DNA from: Phoronis australis
Taxonomy: Eukaryota; Animalia; Phoronida
DNA length: 64,000 nucleotides
Direction of reading: 5' to 3'
Assembly (NCBI GenBank): GCA_002633005.1
Contig: NMRA01000155.1
Location: forward strand, 579,536 to 643,535
The notes beneath the pieces were generated by a model. The model was given only the letters and a program-made list of their open reading frames with translations. It did not search any database and had not been told where the DNA came from. The translations under genes and the position numbers were made by a program. Below, one piece after another: positions 35,359-46,855 of this stretch. How positions within the stretch are numbered: the first letter of the stretch is position 1; the number at the start of each line of letters is the position of its first letter.

Positions 35359-35516
35359 GAGCATACACTCTTTCATGGCCAAGGATTCAAAGTTATTTTG
35401 GGTCAGAAGGCTAGTTAACAAATCTGGAAATATAATCACCTTTGAGACAGAAGAGCATGAATCAGACAACTAAGTACACGTAGATAAAGCCGAGCGGTGA
35501 CCAACTCGTGGATCTA

Positions 35517-35588
35517 GCCGTGATAGTATAGTGGTTAGTATGCCTCGTTGTGGCCGAGACGACCCCGGTTCGAATCCGGGTCACGGCA
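35517..35588 (+). tRNA. tRNA-His (GTG)
   Basis: GCCGTGA/TCACGGC acceptor stem, D arm, TT-GTG-GC anticodon loop, GGTTCGAATCC T loop; T-run terminator ~35 nt downstream. Confidence 0.95.
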
Positions 35589-36844
35589 GAGTGAATGTGC
35601 TCTGGGCTAACACGCGTGTTTCTTTTTATTTTGGAATACGTAATACATAGGCCTAGAGGGCCCGTCAAAAGTGGAAGAGCAACAGCGTGAAGTGAGGACA
35701 TATTGAGTAAGCAACTAGCACGCAGAGAAGGGGCTGACCCAGATCGCGGCTTTCCCGGTTTTTTTTTTTTTTTTTTTTTTTTTAGTCCACCGGTAGGTTT
35801 TCCGACGCCCGGCTCCCGCAACTTTGGGCCTGAGCTACGCTTGCAACCGCACTTTGCCCGATTCCCCGAGACAACATGTTGCTCCCCGCCCCTTATGGTA
35901 TCCTAGATCCGCCATTGTTTCACTCGTTTCTCAAGGCATGCTGTCACTCGAAATTGATTTAGTGGATTTCAGCTTATTGTTTTTTTTGTTTCGTTAATGG
36001 CATACCAGGAAAGATAAATACGTAATCATAATGAAGACACTTAAAACCTAGGATTCCCAGCATACACTCGGTCTAAACGGCGGACCCACCACACACGCGT
36101 ACCCGGCCGTCACAGTGTACACTTGTAAATATTCTCGTCTGGGGATTAAACATGCCATAGGCGTCACTACAGCAACCTTGCGGTCTCGGTTTTGAAAAAA
36201 ATGTCTTTTTCTAAAGTATGGTATTAGGCAGTTTCCCTTTTTGTCACATAATTCCGGAAATGTAGCCGGGGGGCGGTCAATGATTTTTGTGTTGCTTCGT
36301 CCGTAGAATTTGTTGTTCTCGATGAATATGTCCACAATGGAAGCGCGATTTTCGCCCACACGGCCCAATTCATTTTGGAAATGTGACAAGAAATGGTAGA
36401 AAAAGGCTTTTATGTACATTTCGAAAATAAAACACATTTTTCATTCTTTAACATTTGTCAGCAAATCGGCTGACCCGGCACCCAGGCTTATGTATAAGTT
36501 CAGATATCGACTCTGTCATTAGTTTTTGATACCGTCGAAAGAAAATCATTATTGTCATCCAGTAAATCAATAGATCTTCATTCACAGCGGGATATGAGGC
36601 ACTTGTTCAGACTGGACAGAATACGGGGCCTCTACACACGGGAAATCTGAGTAGCATGTTCAACTTTGCAGAGCATTAGACACAGATAGACTAACCTATG
36701 ATGAAAAATTGTTTTGGTCATACGTTTATCTCAGTACTGTAGCAAATCTTGAAATATGATCAAAATTTGAGCCGACTATACTGCAGCATGAATCAAATAA
36801 ATAAATATCTGTAGATGAACATCAATTTACAACTCGCGGATCTA

Positions 36845-36916
36845 GCCGTGATAGTATAGTGGTTAGTATGCCTCGTTGTGGCCGAGACGACCCCGGTTCG
36901 AATCCGGGTCACGGCA
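36845..36916 (+). tRNA. tRNA-His (GTG)
   Basis: Identical 72-mer to 35517-35588. Confidence 0.95.
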
Positions 36917-39063
36917 GCGGCAGAGTCTCACTGGGCAAACACGCGAATTTCTTTTAATTTGGAATACATAATCTTCTTTCGTTCACGGTTTCTCAGTGCA
37001 TGCTGTCACTGGAAATTGATTTAGTGGGATAGACAAATACAATATCATAATAAAGTCACTTTTAAGTGTGGCAAAAATCGAAAAACAAAAGTTGTTTTAT
37101 TCGTTGTGTTAACATTTATTTAATTTTCAAAAAAATCAAATTCACTTTTTTTGTATTCACCTACCATAATTATTTTTTGCCTTTAATTTTGACATATAAA
37201 TTTTCACGTGACGTCTTTTTGTCACTGCTGTCTTTTTATTCGATCACAGGGTCATTGGTGTACGTTATATACTGTGCGATTAAAAGACATTTCGATGAGA
37301 ATTTTAGGCTCGTTTTACTCAGTTGATTGGTGAGTTCGTAGTGACTTGGTGCTCAGCTAATCTTGTACCTCTCCACTAGATGTCACTTTTACCACTTTTA
37401 CCAGCCACTGATCAAATTCTGTGACGCCATCAATTCTTGTGTAAATTAACTGTTTCAGCGCCATTTCTGAACGTGTGTAAACTACGGTTCAGGTAAGAGG
37501 TTATTTTGTGTAGGCGAAGGAAAAATTGTAGTCGTCGGATGTACAGGCGATGAAACTATTTTTCAGGGGTTATCTAAATTCGGGCTCGACGCTAGCATAA
37601 CGCATCTGCCAAATCAAATTCGACCCGACAAAATTTCCAGGTCGCCAAAAGCAAAAACCCAAATCGGCAAATCATGTCTTGAGAAATGCGAGGCCCTAAA
37701 ACAAGAACTCTGATATGTGAGATTGCAAAATTCGCGGCCGGTAGAAGCCGGTGCCGGTGGAAGGTTTTTGGCGAATTATGCCTCAGTGATCAGACCATCA
37801 AAGTTATGTTGTAGCCTGTAGGAACCTCTTGCGAATAGAGGGTCACCTTAGGAGGCGGTAGATGTCTTTAATTCCTTCCAACTCGAACAAATACTCCTGT
37901 AAATGTAATCAAACTTGTAACAAACTGGCAACTAGCCATTTTTACACTGTTCCGTGCAATACTGCGTGAATGTCATGAACAGACCCCACCATTTTTCACA
38001 GAAGTATTCCAATTTCCGTCTGTTTACTTCGTGTAGTATTGTAGTAGGGTGTGTGTTGAAATGCCTGAAATGGTGACTTCTTATTGTTACCAGATCACCA
38101 AACCAAATCTGAGATTGCATTGCATGGTGACATGCAGAACACCAAATGAAGCACTGAAATTAGTGACCACTATATCCAACAAGTGCCTGTGTCTATAGTC
38201 AGGTGGTGTCCCTTCGGTAACGGTCATTTTAGTAGTAACCTGTCTTTTTTCTATTTACTCAAGGAGTAGTGTAGTTTATAATGACCATAATTTTGTGACG
38301 GGTTTTATTTCACGCCATTTTTTACCCACTGGCCACATCATTCCAAAGCTGTTCGTACCGAGGCTAGGGTTGATAAGCTCTCAGTAACTTGTCAACTGAA
38401 GGTAAACTCTGAGAGTTGGAGATAACTCTTGTGTAAAAATGTAGGGAAAGTGTTTACTAGTATTGAATATCACAAAACCCAATATAAACATTGATCTTCA
38501 CTCAGCGGTGCAATACATCTCCTTTGGTTGTCACAGAAACACACACAATTACCTAGTTGGTCCACTCACCAACCCTGCTTGGGGTATGGTTTGTGGCCCT
38601 CCTGAGTAGTTTGCCAACTAATAGTTATGGCTGAGAGCTGACAATGTGTTACAAGTGAAAATATGCTGAAAAACCAGAAAGTCTAAAAAGTTCGGACCAA
38701 GACTTCGTGTGGAGAGCGTCCAAATGGACACCCTGATTCAAATTTAGACATCCTACCAAGGACTCCCTGTTTAGTATTCAAGTACACAACTAAAGTGAAA
38801 CAGTAAACTATGATGTCACTTTTAACTTGCTAGCAGCAGATCTGGGAGCTCATAATCATGCCCTGAGTAAAAAGTTTATCTAGATGTCCTGCTTTTCAAT
38901 TCTAGTCAAGCCTTCAAATAATTGGGACAATGGTAAAGTGGTTTCATTAAGAAGACAAAAAGTTTAAACTTTCCTCCATTTTCCAATAAGTCTTTTAAAG
39001 TTGATAACTAGACACTATCTAGCGAGAAATTCTTTATTCAAGAAAGTCTAGTGACCCACTACT

Positions 39064-39225
39064 CAATGGCGGATTTGGTGGGGCCAAGGGGCTATGCCCC
39101 CCCAAAAAAAATTCTCATATTCCCATATTCCAGTTTGCAGTTCCAGTGTGCGAATGTGTGACAGGCAAAATCCTGGCTAATACTCAGTCCTGCCCCCCCA
39201 TCTCAAAATCCTGGATCCGCCCCTG
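39064..39225. mobile_element. CA..TG non-autonomous element, 5-bp TSD CTACT
   Basis: CTACT|CAATGGCGGATT...GGATCCGCCCCTG|CTACT; same family as 12299-12458. Confidence 0.85.
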
Positions 39226-39302
39226 CTACTATTGAGGTGCTTGTATACTAGGGAAGCTGTTACATCAGTTAGTTGAGTTTTGAACTTTGCAGGTTCAGCA
39301 GG

Positions 39303-42300
39303 ATGATGGATGTCGAGCAGCTAGGCGAGGAACAGACACGGCTGACAGAAAACTTGACGCAGGTGCAGGAAAGAATCGTGGACCAATGGCTGACTGCTGA
39401 TGTGCAAACTTACATGACAGAACAAAAGGCTCGTCATGATGAGATGATGTCACGGAGTAGAGCAGATATGGAGGCATTACGCACCACTCTGGACCAGCTA
39501 AAGGGACAGGCAAAAGTCAACCAACAGAGTTAGTCGAGTTAAATTGAATTATTTCTGAGGCATTAAGGTTATCTCAAACCATATTCACAAAAATTGAAGT
39601 TTTTAGCCATATTCCTCGCATGTCTAGCAGAATACCTTATCTTCATTCTCATGGAAATTTAATTATGAAATACATCATGTGCAATAAAAAAAGAAAAATG
39701 TAGAAACACCTTCAACTGCGTGGAAATGTATTTACTGTTTATCCAAGTTTAAAGGTTACATATTTGTAACTTTAGTCTCAGTTTCCACACAATTTTGGCT
39801 TAATGTTTGTGAGACTGTTACTCACTTGCTTTGTGCAAAACCTTTTAAAAAACTGCATTTCGTCCTGTTAAGTTGGCTAAAAATAAAAATCAAATTAAAC
39901 ATTACGCTCACATCAGAGTCAGACTCATGGTAGTCCTTCCTATGGTAGGATTCTATTTCCATTGCCATACACGCACAATTTTCTAATTCGCAATTTAAGG
40001 GTTAGTCGTTTCCAATAAAGTCTGAACCAGTTTCTTGACTAGCTTATGGTTTTAATGTTTTGGTCTTAAGCATTACAGGAAAGGATGGAAATACTGCGAA
40101 GTATGAGAACTGAGTTGGAGGCCGTCGAGCGTGACACGGACGCTGTGCTGAGAGAGAAGGAAGTAGCCGAAGGCTTACTCTCGCAGACTCAGGCTAGCGT
40201 GGGTAAAGAAGCAGAACGTAAGAGTAAAACATGGCTAACATTCACAATGAACACCAGTTTTGCGCAGTTGCACTTTTAGATTTGTTTGTGTCAGGCCTTG
40301 GTACATTCTCTATTCATCATTCAATTTATATTAACTTGTCAGTGTGGCAGTGCAGTCACATGTACCTTCACTTCTGTAATTTTAAAATGGACATTCTCTT
40401 GACTGTAAAATTTTTTTTTGAACATCGCACTGGACTCCTGAGTAGAGCCTTGTGACTGAGCTGTAAAATAGTTGGATGTGCGATAGCAGTTTTATCCAAA
40501 CTATCCATTCAGTCAGGTACTATTGACAGTGTTAATTTAAGTGCATCATTATGTAGCCCTTGCACGTGAGAGTATTATGGTCCTGTTAATAAATTGAATG
40601 GTTTAGGATTGACGGTATTGTTTAGAACTGCTTGCAATCCGCCAAAAAGACCAACCTTATATTTGAACCACGAACGGTTATGAAACTGTAGCGATTTCAA
40701 GTTTAGGAAGAACTGTTAGGTTGATAATGCTAGAGGTCATGTTTGGCACAAGAACATTCATTGAACCTGCTTGGTATCAACCACTGACAGATTGTTAGTG
40801 GCCATGTTTGACACAAAGACATTCATTGAACCTGCTTGGTATCAACCTCTGACAAATTTTCACATCTTCCCATGTGCCGAAATTACGGTACTTCTAATTT
40901 GAGTAAGAAATAATTGCAACCAAAATTTACAGATAAATTAATAGTAGTAATAGTAGCTGTGATGTGAAAGAAGTTTCATTTATTATGTCATGATGCAAGT
41001 GACAAAACTTTGTTTCAATTGCCCTTTGCTGTCTGTTCAACAGTGTTGACAACACAGGAGAAAGCAACCCAGCAACGACTAGTTGAACTAGAGAAGTCAG
41101 CTGATTGGTTCAAGGACAGACTTGGCTTGAGGTTTAAGAAGGCTACAGGTAAGCGTTAGATTGGCTTGTTAACACCAGGCTGTAGTTATGGCATTGTACA
41201 GGTAAGTATTGGATGGGCTAGTGAGCACCAGGCTGTAGTTCTGGCATTTTACAGGTAAGTATTGGATGTGCTAGTGAACACCAGACTGTAGTTATGGCAT
41301 TGTACAGGTAAGTATTGGATGGGCTATTTAACACCAGGCTGTAGTTATGGCATTGTACAGGTATGGATGGGGTAGTTACAAACAGTCGTTATTACCACAT
41401 TTTCAATTATTTAAGTGTTGCGTGATCTGGTACTTCACATCAGTTGGTAATTACTGGAGAATAATAACTCTTTCACTCTTTAATTACACATTATTACATT
41501 AAAGGTGTCCATGCGTGTTAGGTAAGTTCACAGTTCTCGTCATTTTCAGGACTACAATACGTACACTTTAGGCAGAGATGAAGTCAAGGCTTGCTTCTTA
41601 AATAGGCTTTTGTCGACATGAAAATATCAATGTGAAAAGACACTTATAACAAAATGATAAAAAGCTTTAACATCTGATACTCAGGAAACTAAAATTCTTT
41701 GTTTCAACATCACACCAATCCCTTGTGACTGAGCTGTGTTGAATAGTTGGATGTATGCAATTTTCAGCAGTTTTAACCACTGTGAGTTTAAATGAGTCAT
41801 TGTGTAGCATTTGAATATGACAGTGTTATAAAATGGTTTGAGAGTGAGGCCCACAATATTGTTTGAAGCTTAGCATCTGCCAAAAGACCAACTTTTGGTT
41901 TAGACCTCTGACAAAATACCCTTGAAAGTGACAATAATACTTAGGGCTGTTCCAGCAAAATCTGTGTGGGAGCGGGGGGAAGGCAACTGAAATAAAAATT
42001 TATGGGTGGTTGCGTTTGATTTAAATTCAAAATGGCTGGTGGTCGTACTTCAAAAAAATTAAAATTTACAGGTCGTTGTTGTTTCATTGGGCCATAAATG
42101 TTTGATGGTGGGTAATTTTAGTAAATTTTATAAACAATCCGCACAGAATCAAAAACTGAAACAAAAATGCTACTTGCAAAAAGCTCCGACTTTTTCACTC
42201 ACTCNTAACTTCCTGTTCGTTAACCCTTGCCCTTGCCAAGATCCTTTCTAGAATCTTCCACGAGATGGCTCTGTCATACAATTGCTTCTGTATACTGTAG

Positions 42301-44273
42301 CAAGTCTTTATGCTTCAACTACTATAGCGCATCTAATTATCTTGCTGATTTCAGCCCATAATATAACATTCTACTTATTTAGTGATTGGCTAATAAAAAT
42401 CACATGATCATATCCACTCGTATTATTGGCTGTTACAATTTGTTCTCAGAATATTCTAGAATCTCTAGAGTACTTTGACCCCAGAACCCAAAGTTGTAAA
42501 CACCATCTAAAAATAGATTTCGACGTTAAAATACATGTCAGCAAGTCTGACCCCATGATTTAAAAGTACATATAAATTGAACAAATTTTGGGCAACTTAA
42601 AATGGATCTATTCTTACTAATTACTTAATCAATATTTATTCTGACACGTGATCTAGTACTTCACATCAGTTGGTAATTACTGGAGAATAATAACTCTTTC
42701 ACACTTTAATTACACATTATTACATTAAAGGTGTCCATGAGTGTTAGGTCAGTTCACAGTTCTTGTCCTTTTCAGGACTACAATACGTACACTTTAGGCA
42801 GAGATGGAGTCAAGGCTTGCTTCTTAAATATGCTTTTGTCGTCATGAAAATATCAATGTGAAAAGACAAAATTAATTATTGCTTTTTCACATCACTTAAT
42901 TATTACAAAATGATCAAAAGCTTTAACATCTGATACTCAGGAAACTAAAATTCCTTGTTTCAACATCGCACTGATCCCTTGTGACTGAGCTGTGTTGAAT
43001 AGTTGGATATATGCAATTTTCAGTAGTTTTAACCACTGTAAGTTTAAATGAGTCATTGTGTAGCATTTGAATATGACAGTGTTATAAAATGGTTTGAGAG
43101 TGAGGCCCACAATATTGTTTGAAGCTTAGCATCTGCCAAAAGACCAACTTTTGGTTTAGACCTCTGACAAAATACTCTTGAAAGTGGCAATAATACTAAT
43201 AGGAATGAAAGTGACAATAGGTTTGAGCGGTCCTTTAATTTACTAGACTGGATTCCCTACTTGACATGATGACATTCTGTGACAAAACGTGCTTGTCTGA
43301 AAGCCAATGACAAGTGACATTTTGAGAATCTTGTGACAAAATATGAGCCAAGTAGTTAAGTGACAGTGATTTGTTGGGTTCACAGTTATTTTGTTCTGCA
43401 AGTTGTAAAATTATGAAATTCATCATTATCACTGATGAATATTGTCTCTCGCATAGATGACAAAAGCAAATTTAATGTGACTTATACATGCAAAAAGCAC
43501 CATTGCTTTGGCAGTTGTGGCTTGTCATCAAATATGAATTAATTCTGTGCTCTCCTAATTGTTGCAGGTAACCAGCTGCAGTTCATATTCACGTGCATTC
43601 ACCCAGAACCACAGAAACAAGATCGCGTGTTCTTCTTCAATGTCAAGATCAGTTCAGATCAAAAATACATCGGTAAGCACTGTCAAGAAACATTCACTGT
43701 TCTATCGGCCATGTTTGTCTCAATGCATTTCCACGACAAGTCGTATTGCGTTCAAAGTTGTCTCTGAAGTTTGTGTTTCTCTTTTTATATGCCTAAACCT
43801 TGGGTATTAACTCAGTCTAGTACAAAACTGCTCTTTTGAATTTAATATACGCTGGTCATGACAATAATAAAGGACAGTGCATCTTGAGTGTTACAGAATG
43901 GTTTATTACCTCAAGAATTTAATTGGAACAAAACCACTTGAGGGTAACGGAGTAGTTGTTGATGAAACCAGCCCTATGGAGCTTTGTCAATTGATGAAAA
44001 AATGGCGTCTACTGTTTCAGTCGGTGGTTTAGTCTCTTTGCACTGCATAAAGCCATGCTCATTTACCACCATGTACACTCTGATGAATCACACTATGTTT
44101 ACCATGAGTGTCTCGTTGATTGGAATTGATGGAAATTGTTTGTTACAGTGTCAGATTGTGAGCCAGCGGTGCCTGACATTGAGCAGTTGGTGGAGAAATT
44201 GAACGTTACAAACAACCTCCGGTCATTTGTTATTGAAATTAGGAAGAGGTTCAAGGCTCTGGCTACGTCTTAA
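39303..44273 (+). CDS. SPC25: Kinetochore protein Spc25 (NDC80 complex)
   Basis: Exons 39303-39528, 40071-40217, 41044-41148, 43568-43671, 44149-44273: coiled coil followed by WFKDRLGLRFKK, NQLQFIFTCIHP, YIVSDCEPAV, LNVTNNLRSFVIEIRKRF (RWD-like Spc25 head). Likely non-coding first exon ends at 37492 (CAG|GTAAGA). Confidence 0.92.
41145..41368 (+). repeat. 53-bp tandem repeat containing the SPC25 splice donor
   Basis: ACAG|GTA at 41148, 41201, 41254, 41307, 41360. Confidence 0.95.
41421..43197. repeat. ~520-550-bp direct duplication (41421-41940 and 42648-43197)
   Basis: Near-identical blocks either side of a TIR end and a single N at 42205. Confidence 0.9.
41944..42204 (+). mobile_element. 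Terminus of a PIF/Harbinger-like TIR element
   Basis: TTA|GGGCTGTTCCAGCAAAATCTGTGTGGGAG...GGAAGGCA, same TIR as 4818. Confidence 0.65.
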
Positions 44274-46855
44274 TTCCCTTTCACTAGACCACTACTGTGT
44301 ACTGATCAGGGGTGTATAGTCACGTGGTTAGTGGCAGACTTTCACTAGACCAGCAATGTGTACTCAGCAGGGCTGGTATAGGCATGTGGTCAAGTACTGG
44401 TTAGGGCTGGTACATAGACATGTGGTTAGTGACAGAATCAATTATTTATTTTTGTATAGAAACTTCATTATGGTCTCATCAGTTATTATGGCAGGATTTA
44501 AAGATGCTCTTGATCTGTTTTGAAATGAAGGCACACGTCGTTGTCCAGTATGTCAACCAACAGTCTTTGACGAATATTAGAGTTTCACACATTGAATCTC
44601 AAACTACAGGTAATTGGGCTTAAATGAACAAACAATTCTTTGTGAAGTCAGCAAATCAAATTTCATGCATTTTTGTTTCTATACGTGCCTCTTTAAATTG
44701 ATAAGCATTCATCTTGGTTTCCAAGTAAATACGCTATCTAAACTGCTACATGTCGGAAGCATTTATTTCATCCCCACCCTCACTCGGAGACCAGTGGATG
44801 TGTTTCTCAATATAAAGTAAATTACATGGAAAACGCTTTAATATGAGCAGTTTAAAGCTTGCGCCACTTGAAATGTTTGGTATGAGCTAGATTCTTATTG
44901 CTGAGGAAAGTTTGCATTAGGATGACGACAGCCATTGGAGGTGATGAGATGACGAAATGGCTTTATAAGTAAGACTATAGGAGTGCCGAATAATTCAACA
45001 GTATTCATTAATCAAGTTCAGTATATCTCATGAAAGCTGAATATGCACACACGTCATGTGGATTCTCGAACCTCCATTTAGTAAGAAACTATCACATTCG
45101 TTTGTTAAGTGATGAAGCAATTTGGACCCACAATAGGAATGCAATTAGTCACATCACATTTTCAAAAAAATTGCGGGTTTTGTATATTAAGAACAATTTA
45201 GAATTTGAAATTTTTACAAAATTATTTGTATTGATCGGTGGCTCCTCCGACACTGGCTGCACCAATTGTATACTCTAGGCAGGATCAAGACTGGCCAGAT
45301 CTATGGCCTGGAAATAATTTTCCAGAGCCTTAGTAATTAACACCGATCCGTAAGTCTGGCCAAATTATTATTGTTTTTAATTATACCATTTTAAGTTTAT
45401 TCAACTGTTTCGAAATTGTCAAAATGATGCCACACTATACATTGAAGCAGTTAATTCCACCCTTTCACAGTGCCCTCTGTGGGGCAGTGGCAGAGTACGA
45501 GGACCTTCTGTGGGGCAGTGGCAGAGTACTGGGATGATGAATGTGTGGTCTCAATGTGTGGACTGTCATTAACAATTTGTCTAGGAATGAGTCTTGTCAA
45601 GTATGGTGAATGCTTTCTATATACACTTTATCTTGAACGACTCCAAGAACACAAACTTGAGCAGAATACAATTATTTAGTGTCTTGTTACTGCCGAGCCA
45701 CAAGTTATGGAGACATTTCTCAACTTGCTATTTGTTACGTCAAATAGTGTACTACATTGCCAACCACTTTAAAACCTGTCTTCACTTCAGAGCACGTTTT
45801 AACTTAATTTTGAGCTGAACTAATTGAATAAACTGTCTTTGTATAGTTAACAGTTTTCACTTCGTTTTCACATGAATGCTGGATGTATACGTTCATGTCT
45901 AACGTTTCCACAACCAAAAAGACAGCGCTCGTTTGAGGTAGTGTTCTCACACGTTATTGTTACAACTACCAGACACTCAGTTACCCACAACTTATGGGTA
46001 AAGGAGCAGCACTTCAACTGTGAACACAAATACACAATACAGCACAACATGAGAGTATGTACAGCACAGTGTTTGCAATCACCATTGACACATAGAGGAA
46101 AATTTTACATGCGACTCAACGTTCCACAAATAAACAGGCTGTTGTGATAGAAATATTTTTTGTGTTGTGAAATTAAAAGTGAAATAAACGTATTTTGCAT
46201 GAATAAAGTGAAAATAATGATGATGGGAGATGAAACTGGAAATCAGAACTAAAAAAACAAGACATCCTCTTAAGAGTAAAATTCCAAGCCCTAATAAGTC
46301 AAGTATTCTAAATAAACCACTGGGCAGTCATTTGCATTGTAAGCGCCATCTTCCCCAATGACCGAAAATGACAGAAAGTCGACAGTAAAGTTAGTAAGGT
46401 GGCCACACCATTATGTATTCAAATTTTGCCGATTGGCCGTTACCTGTAAATTATGTCAACAGAATTGGACATCATGATGGGGAAAACACTAATTACTTAT
46501 GTCTGGGTTGTATTAAGCCGAGGTTAATGTCACATTTTCAAAGTCAGATTGGGTTGTTGGGGACAATAGACTTAACGATCTATTTAATATTTACAGAAGT
46601 GACACGATCCAAGGGCTTTTGATTCTGTGCCAGCTGGCTGGGCCTCAGTCAGAACAGGATATGACACTCCGTAAAAAAATTTGTTATATTTACAACGGAG
46701 GTAACCACATCAGTTTTCACTGCTTTCCTTGGGAGCCCTCGGTTTGTTAATATTGAATTTGTACACTATAGCTAGTTAACCTGAACGTATATATTGTTGT
46801 AAACTCGAGATGTTTTGTTAAAGATTTTTTATTATTTTTTTGTTATACAGGAAAT

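Noticed and set aside
35462-35821. 119-aa poly-Lys ORF
   Set aside because: Antisense read through a poly-T tract and the tRNA-His gene.
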